Below, one piece after another: positions 12,105 to 25,698 of a stretch of 64,000 bases of DNA; within the stretch, counting starts at the first letter, position 1, and each line of letters starts with the position of its first letter. The DNA is from Octopus vulgaris. Taxonomy: Eukaryota. A program made the translations under genes and the position numbers. The DNA lies in assembly GCA_951406725.2 (NCBI GenBank), contig OX597814.1, positions 193,192,001 to 193,256,000 on the forward strand, written 5' to 3'. The notes beneath the pieces were generated by a model. The model saw only the letters and a list, made by a program, of their open reading frames with translations. It did not search any database and had not been told where the DNA came from.

Positions 12105-12187
<83 letters not shown>

Positions 12188-12196
12188 TACACACAC

Positions 12197-12248
<52 letters not shown>

Positions 12249-13164
12249 GCTTCATGAGGCCCCGATTATAGAAAATTTCTTGAGGTTTTATCTTTAGAAA
12301 TACCCTTGAAGTCTATCCTCTTTCAACCGCTCTGTTAACTATAGACGAGTAACGAGTAAAGGGAGCGTTGTAGTATTTATGATTTCCTTTGTATCATTAG
12401 AATGTAAAGTCAAAACAGATGTTACAAGAAACCAAATTTTGGTCGCAAAGTCGAATCTTCAGGAGATTAACAAACTATAGCACAACGAAACTCACTCGAT
12501 CTCACATCACTCCTGTTTATGCGTATTTGTGCATGTGTGCGTGTGTTTGTGTGTGTGAAAGAGAGAGGAAGAGAAAGAGAGAGCGAGAGAGAATGTGTGT
12601 GTATGTGTGTGTGTATGTGTGTGTGTGTGTGTGTGAGTAGGTACATAAAATTTTAAAATTGAACTTTCACATTCATTATGCAAAATAACTGAAATATCAA
12701 AGTTGAACTCTCAAGTTTGTTCTGATGCAGTATGCTAGTAGATGATACGTCACTCAGAAACACTCATACACACACACACACACACACACACACTTCATAC
12801 ACTTACACACACACATCACCACCACCAGCACAACCACCGCCATCATCACCACCACTATTACCGTGCCACATTTCCGTAGATATTTGCACTCGTGACTCAC
12901 GCTGTCTTCTCAAATACACATATTTATACGAACGCTGATTTCTCTTCAAAACTGACCACGTTTCTCTGACTGTTACCAAACTGACGTTAAAAGAAAACGT
13001 ATTTCTCGCTCAGCTGCAGATTTCGACAAAGTTCTTTGGAAACTTTATTCACGTTGAAAAGTACATTTAACCATTTTATATTGAGAATAAATAGATTGGT
13101 TTCTAGTACACTCTTAATTTTATGTGTTGAACGACCATATAAAGGTCGTTGGCACGTAGCAATT

Positions 13165-13515
13165 CCACATGGTTCTGGGTTCGGTCTCACTGCGTGGCAC
13201 CTTGGCCATGTGTCTTCTACAATAGTCTCGGGCCGACCAAAGCCTTGTGAGTGGATTTGGTAGTTGGAAACTGAAAGAAGCCCGTCGTATATATGTATAT
13301 ATATATATATGTATATGTTTGTGTATCTGTGTTTGTCCCCACCCCATCATCTCTTGACAACCGATGCTGGTGTGCTTACGTCACGTAACTTAGCGGCTCG
13401 GTAACAGACACTGATAGACTAAGTACTAGCCTTACATAGAATAAGTCCTGGGGTGCAGTTGTTCGACTAAAGGCGGTGCTCCAGCATGGCGCAGTCAGAA
13501 TGACTAAAACAAGTA
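13165..13515 (+). mobile_element. SINE family A, 5'-truncated
   Basis: Starts at CCACATGGTTCTGGGTTC and runs to the tail. Confidence 0.85.
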
Positions 13516-13630
13516 CATAGTTCAAATTTATAAATAAAAAAATAACAAAGTGAGGTGTTGGAACAACAAGCAATTGTATTAGTTCAGGAAAAAACAAGCA
13601 ATTGTATTAGCTCAGGAAAAAAGGAAAAAT

Positions 13631-13666
13631 CTTTTACGTTTCGAGCTTACGCTCCTCGACAGAAAG
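13631..13666 (-). ncRNA. HHR-like motif with variant core, in PLE-like remnant (~13530-13720)
   Basis: CTTT-CTGTCGA-G-GAGC(GTAA)GCTC-GAAAC-GTA-AAAG. Confidence 0.6.
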
Positions 13667-13807
13667 GAATAAAAGGAAATAAAGAGAGAATGAAAAAACA
13701 TGTTGAGTCCAGCGGTCCAACATACATACATACATACATACATACATACATACATACATACATACATACATACATACATACATACATACATACATACATA
13801 CATACAC

Positions 13808-14000
13808 ACTGCCTAAGTACCAATCTTGAGAAATTAAGCTTCTCAAAACCAGAAAAGAGAAAGCTGATTCGAAGACTACAGATCCAAGCCATCCTTGGAA
13901 CTGTAAAAGTCTGTAAGCCTTTTCAGAAGTTTATCGTTTAAATACATACGAGCATGTCTAGATATGCAACTATATGCATGAGAATACATGCATATAATAA
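13808..14000 (+). pseudogene. R4/Dong-like (RLE) LINE ORF C-terminal fragment
   Basis: LSTNLEKLSFSKPEKRKLIRRLQIQAILGTVKVCKPFQKFIV*; homologous to the pieces at 22235 and 27125. Confidence 0.65.
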
Positions 14001-14145
14001 AACATACAAATCTGCACATATACATACATACATATTTGCATATAGTATGTATACATACACACATATATGTATATACCTACGCTGCACCTAGAACCAGCCC
14101 TGAGTCGGATCAACGGTTTAAATTCGATTTGGTACTAACATATCG

Positions 14146-14405
14146 GTGGAGGCGCGTGGCTTAGTGGTTAGGGTGTCAGCACCATGATCGTAAGATTGTG
14201 GTTTCGATTCCTGGACCGGGCGACGAGTTGTGTTCTTGAGCAAAACACTCCATTTCACGTTGCTCCAGTCCACTCAGCTGGCAAAAATGAGTAACGCTGC
14301 GATGGACTGGTGTCCCGTCCAGTTGGGGAACACATACGCCATAGAAACTGGGAAACCAGGCCCATGAGCCTGGCTAGGCTTTAAAAAAAGGGCGCACTTA
14401 TTTTT
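14146..14405 (+). mobile_element. SINE family D, full length with TSD
   Basis: GTGGAGGCGCGTGGCTTAGTGGTTAGGG head, CORE-like segment, GCGATGGACTGG segment; TSD TACTAACATATC at 14133 and 14412. Confidence 0.92.
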
Positions 14406-14859
14406 TATTATTACTAACATATCTGTAATATCCTATCAACACATGATACCATTATGGTTGTTTTACCTCGTTGCGAATCATATGCTTTTGTACTTAGCCA
14501 TTTGATAATAGATCGCAACATCAGCTTTATATTAAAAAACCCATTAAAGAACATTCTTCATAAATGCTATACACTTGAATATTGTTCACCCACAGCCATG
14601 TGCGTTCTTCTATCATAGTTTTTGAAAATAAACCCAGCAACTTAAAACTGATGTGCAGTGCAGAAACAGATGTTGTGATTTACTATTAAACTCTGTTATC
14701 CACCATACGCGTGATCCTAATATATATGTATACATAAAAGAACACTATTGTTCATAAAAATAATAACGTTAGTGGCTACGAGCATAAAAGCCGTATAGGC
14801 AAAAATAATAATTATTTAATATAAATATAAATATTAATAACTATATATACTCACACACA

Positions 14860-14897
<38 letters not shown>

Positions 14898-15067
14898 GCA
14901 CACACGCATACATTATAATAGAGAATATAAATTTATGTATACTTATGTCTGTGTGTATGTTATGTATATGTGTATATGTGTTTATTATATTATATTATAT
15001 AATTTATATATATATATATATATATATATGTACATCCTTGTGTGTCTGTATGTACGTGTGTATGGCG

Positions 15068-15116
<49 letters not shown>

Positions 15117-16379
15117 CATGTATATGTATGTATATGTGTGTGTATGTATGTATGCATGATTATCTTTTAGTATTAGAAAAAATATAAAAAGTAGTAAAAC
15201 AATACCCTTCAGCCGTGTTTGTTATCTGGTTACTAAAATATCATTTGAACTATATTAAGATGTTAAGATGATGTTTATATATATAAATATATTTCTGTTT
15301 TCGTGAGTCTGTGTTTGTCTGTCTGAAAGAGAAGAGAGAAAAAGCGAGAGAGAGGAGAAAAATTTTTTTTATCTGAGGTGTGAGCAGATGAATTAATGTG
15401 TTGAAGTGTCTTGTATTAAGATTTGTCTGGTGGATGACATCGTGATAAAAGTACTTCGAAAATGTACAAAGTATATCAGTAATGCCACAGGGGGATACTT
15501 TCATATTTCAAATCAATGATTAAAACTACAAAATAAGATAAACAACAATTATCCTATATAATTACTGTAGAGGGTATGACAGATGATATAAACTAAGGAT
15601 CAAGAAATGTCAAGTTTTAAACTTTCTAGTAGATAAAGTTTCAAAGCATCTGATAAGCACGATCGTGATGAATAAAGTTCAGCGAACAAATTGTGATTGG
15701 TTCGTAAAATTTTTGTAATTTAAACTCTATATTCAAATGTAAGATTAGTTTAAGATAATTCAAAATTAGATTCTTGTTTCTTCTAATCTTATGACACCCA
15801 AGATTAGCGATTTTAGACAAAGATGCCAAATGGCATGGCTAGAAGTACCTAAATTTTATTTACAACTGTTCGGTCTGTAATAGAATTAAATTACATTAAA
15901 ACAATTTTATTCTGTAGCGGTGAGGACTGGACAGTAACAGAGAAACTCTAGCGAAGGGAAAATACTGGACAATGCTGGACAATATTGGACAATGCTCTCT
16001 TTTGCGATATTCATTTTCCACAAAGACTGGTTAATTAATTGTGAGAGCAGAGGCTTTCTCGGCTGATAGCCTTTTATGTTCCAAACAATTAACTCTGATT
16101 GCTCGAGGTTTCAGAAGACCAAATGTATCATTGGCTACTTTTCTACATCAGAAAGACCTGCCATTACAGCCTTATTGTGTGGTAGGAACTTTATGAAAGA
16201 GAGACATATATTTATGGGCATAATGTTAGAGCGCCCAAAAAATGCCTTGCGAAATTACTAGCGGTTCTTTGCCTTCTTCCTTCAAAACTACTGACCTTCT
16301 ACATAAATTAGAAATCATAGTTATGATACAATTATGTCAGATCATTAATATGATATAATAATGATACATCATAACTAGT

Positions 16380-16590
16380 TTTAAGTTTTGACACAAGGCA
16401 AGTAATTTCAAGAGAAGGGGTAAGTCGATTAGATCAATCCCAAGTAATCAACTGTTACTTATTCTATCCACCTCGAAAGAATGAAAGGCATTGTCGACCT
16501 TGGTGGAATTTGAACGGAGAACGTAAAAACGAAGGGAATCCGCTAAGCATTTTGTCCGGCGTGCTAACGACTCTGCCATTTCGCTGCCTT
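16380..16590 (-). mobile_element. SINE family B monomer, diverged
   Basis: Reverse complement of the B core; interrupts a degenerate ATAATTATGT repeat (16315-16740). Confidence 0.75.
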
Positions 16591-17049
16591 AATATGGCAT
16601 AATAATGACACGTCATGATTATAACATAATTATGTTAGGTCATAATATCTAGCATAATTATGTTAGACAATAATTATGTCAGAAGTATGAAAGTTTTTAA
16701 TCATGATATTATTAATTATGTTTGATCATGATTATAATCTAACCAGATACATTATCGGCTGCTTGATTAGGCAGCAGATATTGCCACGAATAACAACCAA
16801 CGGCAAAGGCAGACGACCCAGAATTCAATGCACAACATGTCTTACTTTACATAAAACTCCTTAAAGAAACAGAAAGTGTCGACAGCAACGAATAAATTGA
16901 ACAAAAAAAAAATAAGCGAAAATCAAAACAAGAAACTCATATCACCAAAACGATAACAATGAAAAGAAATTAAGTAATAAAAATACTTTAGATCTAACAC
17001 CTAAGTTGCATATTCTAAACCAGTTACAGTGAATAATTTCATATATACG

Positions 17050-17188
<139 letters not shown>

Positions 17189-17771
17189 GAATATACATAT
17201 GTATATGCATGTATGTTTGTGTGTGTGAGCGCCTGTGAAATTTTTGACTATAATTGGTATTCTTAATTTACAGTAATATTTACAGAAATCATTTTCCACC
17301 AATAACTGTTAACTTTTTTAATTGTTTTGCATCTGTATTTTTCAGCGATGCAAATGAATAAATTTGTAACTGAAGCTAATAAAATTTCAGACCACATAAT
17401 TGTTTTTTAATGTACTATTGAGAAAAAAAAAACACACACACACAAAAACAAAACAAAACTAAACTAAAAAACAAACAGAAAAACAAACTTAGTATCTTAT
17501 GTATTCGTCTTTGTGCGTCTATTCTTATGTAGATATTCAACCCTGGTGCCATTAACGTGCTGTGCTAATGCAACCAATTTACAGTTCCTTCCATTCACGC
17601 ATGCATGCACTGTCTGTCTGTCTGTCTGTCTGTCTCTGTCTCTCTCTTTCTCTCTCACACACACACACACATGCACATACACCATGCATACACACACACA
17701 CACACACACAATTTGATAGATTGAAACTGTGTATAAACCCATCGTGGAGAAACAGTTAAATTCACCCTGTT

Positions 17772-17935
17772 CATTAGCGTAGCTAGAGGGAGGCGGATGG
17801 GGTGGCCCTCTCCGGGTGACACTTTTATGGGGGCAGCACTACTTTAAGGTCGGCTGTAGGCAATATGCATTTTCTTGTGGGGGCCCGGGTGTGGCAAACT
17901 GATGGGCCACGCACATATATCTAGATTTGGTACTG
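17772..17935. mobile_element. GC-rich MITE with CAGTAGCGTAGCTAG-type termini
   Basis: CATTAGCGTAGCTAG ... CTAGATTTGGTACTG; related to 47824-47968. Confidence 0.45.
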
Positions 17936-17974
17936 CGTGAACTGAGATCTCCGTTAACAAGCGCCTGATATTTA

Positions 17975-18286
17975 AAATACGATGTTAAGACTTACGGTAT
18001 GCAAATACGATGTTAAGACTTACGGTATGCAAATACGACGTTAAGACTTACGGTATGCAAATACGATGTTAAGACTTACGGTATGCAAATACGATGTTAA
18101 GATTTACGGTATGCAAATACGATGTTAAGACTTACGGTATGCAAATACGACGTTAAGACTTACGGTATGCAAATACGATGTTAAGACTTACGGTATGCAA
18201 ATACGATGTTAAGACTTACGGTATGCAAATACGATGTTAAGACTTACGGTATGCAAATACGATGTTAAGACTTACGGTATGCAAAT
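17975..18286. repeat. 28-bp minisatellite, ~11 copies (AAATACGATGTTAAGACTTACGGTATGC)
   Basis: Near-identical tandem units without spacers. Confidence 0.97.
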
Positions 18287-18361
18287 TCCAGGTTTCTGTA
18301 GCTACGATAATTGTTGAGTATATAAACAGATTCTCTGGCCTTGGTCAAATTGATGCAGACT

Positions 18362-18397
18362 CCTCTGATGAGAAGCCAATACGAAAACTGATTAAGG
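18362..18397 (+). ncRNA. Degenerate HHR-like motif
   Basis: CCT-CTGATGA-G...C-GAAAA(CTGA)TTA-AGG; stem II reduced to one G-C pair. Confidence 0.4.
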
Positions 18398-18409
18398 TTC
18401 TTTTTTTTA

Positions 18410-18990
18410 TTCTTTTACTTGTTTCAGATATTTTGACTGCGGCTATGCTGAAGTTTTAGTCGAACAAATTGAACCCAGGACTTATTGTTTTAAAGCCTAG
18501 TACTTATTCTATCGGTCACTTTTTTGCCGAACCGCTTAGTTACAGGGACGTAAACACACAAACACCGGTTGTCAAGCGGTGATGGAGGGACAAACACAGC
18601 CACAAAGACGCACACGCATACATATACATCAGTTGTTTTCAAAGTGAACGGTATTGTCACACCCGCTTGTCGGGTGGAAAGTTCCAGGTGGCGTTGAAGA
18701 AAAAAGGAGTGATAATGGGGTAGCGATTCATGTAAAAAGTGGGGTGATAATTGGGGTAGCGATTCATATAGAAACAACAAAATAATGGGTTCATGAGGTG
18801 AAGTTGTATTTGTGAAATACAGTTGCTTTGAATTTGCTTCAGAAAGAGGTCTGTGCTTGTGATGGTTAGTTGGGGTGGAGGCGCTAAGAATGTGGCTTGT
18901 GTGTCAAGGGGGTTGTAGCCCAAAAAATTTTGCGAACTACTGATATATATATAAGCAAGCTTTTAACCATACAGCTACACTTGCGGTCGT
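18410..18990 (-). mobile_element. Diverged SINE family A interrupted by a hAT MITE
   Basis: Tail half 18410-18625; head remnant 18955-18990. Confidence 0.65.
18630..18942. mobile_element. hAT (Charlie-like) MITE
   Basis: Termini CAGTTGTTTTCAAA / TTTGCGAACTACTG; 8-bp TSD ATATACAT / ATATATAT. Confidence 0.65.
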
Positions 18991-19282
18991 CCATCATTTA
19001 ATCATGACGACAGAGAACTAGCTAAATTAATCCTGTTCCTAAAGGTACTATATAGGTTATATATATTTATAAATACATTTGAGATGTAAATATCTGAATA
19101 ACTTATATAGTCTAGGCAAATGAAACTAAACAAGCTTAAACGAAAGAAGATTTATTCATAAAAGTTTGAATAGGAAATTCAAAGCTGTGTGAATTTCATG
19201 AACGATCTCGAGTTATTTCTATACATGCTGTTAAACTTTGACATCATTTGAATAAGCACGCACACACACGCACACACACACA

Positions 19283-19323
<41 letters not shown>

Positions 19324-20287
19324 AAACGTATCATAGCATGGGAAACGTTATTGATAAAAACATGATATACATGGCTAAAACTCTTTTGATCTGAGACCTG
19401 GCCAATAAAGTCTGACCTGGACTAAACAATAATATCAGCTCCTATGACAATATTTGTTTTTGTGTCTTCACATCGAAATGAACTCTTGCCTTTGATTATA
19501 AAATTCAAAAAGCTAGTATACCATTGGGAGGCATAAGTTATGTGGTTTCGAGAAAGCAATCTTCAAACCTATTTTCTCAATGCTATCCAAAACATAAGAA
19601 TTCTTTCTCCAGAGAATTTATTCATATTTGCTAACTATATTGACTGACTGAATGACCTTTTCTCTGATGCAAACCACCGTTAGTTTCTTCAAACTCTCTT
19701 TTATATATGTTTGTATTCGTTTCATTTATTTATTTATTTACTGTATTTGCTATTGACTAGTTTACAATTTTGTGTCAAAATAAGGTATTTCTCTGCTATG
19801 CAACAGACACATCGCTTAAAATCTCTAGTTTGAGCTTTGACAGGCTTATAATGGACCGTTTTATTACTACAATATTTTTTCCTTCCGCTTTTGGTAAAAA
19901 AAACTATTGTATTTTATTGATTTTTTCTTCTGAAAAAGTTAATGTGATGTGTAAAACAGCTTTTAAACACATTTTATATTAAACTTATATAGTCTTCGTT
20001 TTTTTTCTTTCGCTTTCAATTGCTTGGCATGGTAAAAATAACATTCGTATTAAACACTCGGCGTTAAGTGGACAATGATAGATCAGAGGTTAATTTCAGT
20101 CGTGTGCTGAAAATAGAAAAAAAAGATTTTAAAAGAAAAAAGAAAAAAAAGAACGGGAAAAAGAAAAATCATACAAGTTGTATAATCAGAGACACATTCA
20201 TCTTACAAACAAGATACAGAAGAAAAATCCCAGACTATTATAAACGTAAAATGAGGTTTTAAGAAAGAGTATTTCTGACAGGAATAT

Positions 20288-20342
<55 letters not shown>

Positions 20343-20449
20343 GTATATATAGTAAATTAAAAACAGAAGAACAAACACAAGAAAACAACAACGCGAGGAC
20401 GTGGTACATGTAAAGTATTAGCAGACGCTCGGTGAAGGAAAGCAAGATG

Positions 20450-20485
20450 GTTTGACGTTTCGAACAGACACTCTTCTTCGGAAAC
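20450..20485 (-). ncRNA. HHR-like motif in PLE-like remnant (~20340-20532)
   Basis: GTTT-CCGAAGA-A-GAGT(GTCT)GTTC-GAAAC-GTC-AAAC; stem I paired, stem II with G-U pairs; island between (CA)n tracts. Confidence 0.65.
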
Positions 20486-20709
20486 AGAGGAAAGACCAAT
20501 TGAAGGGAAGACACGGAGGAAGAAAATCGCCACACACACACACACCACCACCACCATCACCACCACCACCACCACCACCACCACCACCACCACACCACCA
20601 CACTTTCACAATTATATTATGTATTATGAGCACACGACGAATAGCCAGTGATATTAGTTCCATACAGTTTATTGCGTAAAGTCCTAAAATCACAAGTAAG
20701 TGTGTGTGT

Positions 20710-21005
20710 GTGAAGGCACGTATCTTAGTTAGGGTATTCGACTCACGATCGTAAAGTCGTGGGTTCAATTCCTGGCGACGGATTATATCCTTGAGCAGGA
20801 CACTTTATTTCTTGCTGCTCCAGTCCACTCAGCTGGCAAAAATGAGTAGTATCTGGATTTCAAAGGGCCACCTTGTCACATTCTGTGTCACGCTGAATCT
20901 CCCCGAGAACTACGTTAGGGTTACACGTGTCTTTGGAGTGCTCAGCCACTTGCACGTTAATTTCACGAGCAGGCTGTTCCGCTGGTCGGAAACCGACGAA
21001 GTGCC
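20710..21005 (+). mobile_element. SINE family C2
   Basis: GTGAAGGCACG head, CTTGAGCAGGACACTTTATTTC segment, family C tail. Confidence 0.8.
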
Positions 21006-21017
21006 ACGTACACACAT

Positions 21018-21075
<58 letters not shown>

Positions 21076-21635
21076 GCACGCACGCACTCACAGTAATATA
21101 AAGAGAGCAAAATATCACCAATATTATAACAATATCAGTGATATTTTAATATATTTATTGAATATACAGAGAATTGAATATATAGAGAATTGAATATATA
21201 GAGAATTGAATATATTGAAATAACACTGATATAGGTTTCTGTTCTTTCTGGAGTACATGCATGTACACACACATACGCATGCGCGCAAACACATACACAC
21301 ACACGCACGCACACAAGCACGCACACAAGCACGCACACAAGCACGCACTCACATATATTCATATGGCAATATATTACTATATAGAGAAATTATTGAAAAC
21401 TGCAGATTCAATTTTGTGGTTCGCTATTGGCGAAGAAACAAAATAAGCTGAGCACAAAGCTACGCGCCTTCACGCATGTACGCACTGTTGTGCCCTCCGA
21501 TGAAAACCTAAAACTGAACAATTTGACAATATAACCTCTACAGTCTGCTGACAATAATAAACGTCTTGAACAAGATATGTTGGACCCATAAATAAGAAGA
21601 CAAAGAATGAATATTCGGGAGGAATAAAGAGAATA

Positions 21636-22068
21636 TTCTTTTCTACTCTAGGCACAAGGCCCGAAATTTTGGTGGGAAGGGGCCAGTCGATTAGATCGAC
21701 CCCAGGACGCAACTGGTACTTAATTTATCGATCCAGAAAGGATGAAAGGCACAGTCGACCTCGGCGGAATTTGAACTCAGAACGTAAAGACAGACGAAAT
21801 ACAGATAAGCATTTCGCCCGGTGTGCTAACGTTTCTTATTTCTTTATTGCCCACAAGAGGCTAAACATAGAGGGGCCAAACAAGGATAGACAAAGGGATT
21901 AAGTCGATTACATCGACCCCAGTGCGTAACTGGTACTTAATTTATCGACCCCGAAAGGATGAAAGGCAAAGTCGACCTCGGCGGAATTTGAAATCAGAAC
22001 GTAGCGGCAGACGAAATACGGCTACGCATTTCGCCCGGCGTGCTAGCGGTTCTGCCAGCTCGCTGCCT
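21636..22068 (-). mobile_element. SINE family B dimer
   Basis: Two B cores with two different tails. Confidence 0.9.
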
Positions 22069-22144
22069 TGGAGTAAAGAGTATATTGTCATCAGAACTCA
22101 GCTATATTGCCCACAACATACATACATACATACACACACACGCA

Positions 22145-22216
<72 letters not shown>

Positions 22217-22234
22217 TGCAGACAGACAGATAGA

Positions 22235-22450
22235 CGTACCGATAATAATTAGTGCACTTGGTTTTGCAAGTAAAGGCCTAATTGACAATCCGGATAAACA
22301 ATCTGTAAGCGAAACAGCAAAAGTATGCAAGACTTTTCTCAAGTTTAAAATGTGACATTGATTTTGTCATTAACGATGGAGCTTTTATATCCATGTTAGA
22401 AACTAATTCTTTCGTCAGAGAAAGAAATTAAGTATTTAAAAGCAGAAGAG
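22235..22450 (+). pseudogene. R4/Dong-like LINE 3' fragment
   Basis: VPIIISALGF...SVSETAKVCKTFLKFKM*; downstream UTR aligns with 27180-27290. Confidence 0.65.
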
Positions 22451-22472
22451 AACATACATACATACATACAGA

Positions 22473-22525
<53 letters not shown>

Positions 22526-22609
22526 ATTAAATCCTAAAAATCCTTAAAAATGTTTTAGCGCGAAGGCCGCGGCCATGCTAGGGCACCACCGCTGATTAAA
22601 GAGAGAGAG

Positions 22610-22760
22610 GCTTCTTTCAGTTTCCGTCTACCAAATCCACTCACAAGGTTTTAGCTGGCCCGAGCTATAGTAGAAAACACTTGCTTAAGGTGCCACGCAG
22701 TGGGACTGAACCCGGAACCATGTGGCTGGTAAGTAAGCTACTTACCACACAGCCACTCCT
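22610..22760 (-). mobile_element. SINE family A 5' half
   Basis: Reverse complement of head and body. Confidence 0.8.
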
Positions 22761-22777
22761 ACCCCTCCTCCTCCTCC

Positions 22778-22935
<158 letters not shown>

Positions 22936-23085
22936 GAAATACAGACTCCTCCAAGATACAACATCTGTTTCAACACGTTCTTGCATAAAGTATCATGAAA
23001 AGCAAATGCAAAAGCGTAACTTTATGTAATTATATATGTATGCATTTATGCATGTATGTATGTATGAATGTATGTACCTAGTTAC

Positions 23086-23199
<114 letters not shown>

Positions 23200-23218
23200 A
23201 TTATATATATATATCCAT

Positions 23219-23272
<54 letters not shown>

Positions 23273-23368
23273 TGTCCTTGAAACAGCTGTAAGACTACCT
23301 TTCTCTTTATAAATGTCCTAGAAATTTCACACTGCTTTGGCTTTGTTGTTTCATTTTATTTATTTATT

Positions 23369-23442
<74 letters not shown>

Positions 23443-23826
23443 GATAATTAGGTACATACACATATACATTCATACATAAATTCATGCACACGTGCATACA
23501 TGCATAAATACATACATACACTCATACATAAACATTTGCATATATATACATACATGTAAATATAAAGTTTGATGAAGAAATTAGAAACTAATCAATAAGC
23601 AGACGAGACTTAATCTGGGATTACATTATGAAAGACTGTGCTGAGACATTGAAAGCATTAAAACTAATGTACAATCGTAGAAATACGAAAAACTGCTTAA
23701 GTCGAGAGAGAAAAAAAAGAATGAATGAATAAAAGGCAAAATAATCCTTTAAATTAATTGTAAATTCCAGAGAGTGACAAAAATTCACCTGAAGATAATT
23801 TGCATGCGAGGGTATTTTGATAGTAA

Positions 23827-24212
23827 CTAACAGTCGCCCGACGTTGCTCGGGTTTGTTTCGACCCTTTAGAATAGGAATTTTTAAAAAGTAAAACTTTTG
23901 TATTATGTAGCTTGTTATTCTCTTTAAGTGAACATTTTTCTGGTTGAAATACACCGAAAAATGGCGACACAGCAGTCAAAAATCGTAAAAAATGGGGATT
24001 TTTATAGAAAAAAACCACCTTTTTGATGTAAATAATTTTTGGTGTTAACATGGTCTGATTTGAATTTTTTTCTTCTGCGGAAGGAAGAGCAATCCTTCTT
24101 CTATCATACTCTCAATTTTGGTCAAATTGCCCCGCAGGGTCTTGGAGGAGATAGTGTTAGTTGAAGGTTACCAAACCTGCCATACACAGACAACTTCAGC
24201 TTTATATATATA
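23827..24212 (-). mobile_element. Non-autonomous Helitron
   Basis: Minus-strand 3' hairpin CCCGAGCAACGTCGGG then GTTAG-T (degenerate CTAG); 5' TATATAAAGCTGAAGTTGTCTGTG; ends homologous to 49820-50217. Confidence 0.7.
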
Positions 24213-24324
24213 ATGTTCTGAATATATATATAATGTTCTGAAGATTTTGTAATGTTTAAAGTATCTGAATGTAAAAAGCAAACATACACAGGCACGTAAA
24301 TAATTAACTATGCATACTACTACG

Positions 24325-24790
24325 GCACTCCGTCGGTTGCAACGACGAGGGTTCCAGTTGATCCAATCAACGGAACAGGCTGCTCGTGAAATTAACGTGC
24401 AGGTGGATGAGCACCCCACAGACACGTGTACCCTTAACCGGACTTCTCGGGGAGATTCAGCGTGACAGAGATTGTGACAAGGCTGACCCTTTGAAATACA
24501 GGTACAACAGAAACATATCATTTGTGAATGTATTACGTGTAAGTAGCTGAGTACTCCACAGAGACGCGTACCCTTAACGTAGTTCTCAGAGTGATTTAGC
24601 GGGACACGGAATGTGACAAGGCTGGCCCTTTGAAGTACAGGTGATACTCTCATTTTTGTCAGCTGAGTGGGCCAGAGAAACGTGAAATGAAGTTTCTTGC
24701 TCAAGAACACAACGCGCCGCCGGGAATCGAACTCACACCCCTATGATCATGGGCCGAATATTCTAAACACTAAGCTACCCACCTTCACAT
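24325..24790 (-). mobile_element. SINE family C2 with internal duplication of the tail segment
   Basis: Segment CCCTTAAC...GTGACAAGGCTG.CCCTTTGAA.TACAGGT occurs twice. Confidence 0.8.
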
Positions 24791-24799
24791 GCACATATA

Positions 24800-25295
24800 C
24801 ACGCATACATACATGGATACATTCATGCATACATACATAGATAGATACATTCATGCATACATACATAGATAGATACATACATGCATACATACATACATTC
24901 ATGCATACATATATACATACATACATTCATGCATACATGCATACATATATACATGCATATATACATAGATTCATGCATACATGCATACATACATACATTC
25001 ATGCTTACATGCATACATGCATACATATATATATACATACATACATACATACATACATTCATGCATGCATACATACATTCATGCATACATACATACATAC
25101 ATAACATGCATACATACATTCATGCATACATACATACATACATACATACATACATGCATACATACATTCATGCATACATACATACATACATACATACATA
25201 CATACATGCATACATACATACATACATACATACATGCATGCATACATACATACATACATACATACATACATACATACATACATACATACATACAC
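24800..25295. repeat. (CATA)n/(CATG)/(CATT) compound tetranucleotide microsatellite
   Basis: Directly visible. Confidence 0.95.
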
Positions 25296-25698
25296 GCATA
25301 GAAAGGCTGAGAATTGTCCTCTTAGATAATACATGTACAAACATCGACAACGCTCAGCATACAAAGAAGAAGACTATTCTTGGGTATGGTTCCTGAAGAT
25401 TTAAAAAAGATAGCAATATAAAACATGAAGCACGTCTTCTCCTGAACTCACTACCACTTCATCACATCACATTTCGAAGGCTATGCATTTTGCAATCCAA
25501 AAATGAGGAGTTGTCACGAAATATCTAGTAAACAATAGAGACAGTGAAGCCCTTGGAACCCCAAGAGGCCACTAAAAATATAGAAATATTTCTGTAGAAG
25601 ACATCACGCATGTGATTAGCAGCTGCCCAAAAATGTCACCAAGGTACTATCTCCCTATACAATGCAACGTTGTCGCTAAACCAATATATAATGCCAAA

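Larger units (their letters stand above)
11045..12110 (-). mobile_element. SINE family A split by microsatellite expansion and a PLE-like insertion (parts 11045-11230 and 11985-12110)
   Basis: Tail half and head half are colinear on the minus strand either side of the TA tracts. Confidence 0.7.

Noticed and set aside
14645-14682. HHR-like CTGATG-TGC(AGT)GCA-GAAAC(AGAT)GTT
   Set aside because: A9 is missing and there is no stem I pairing; could be chance
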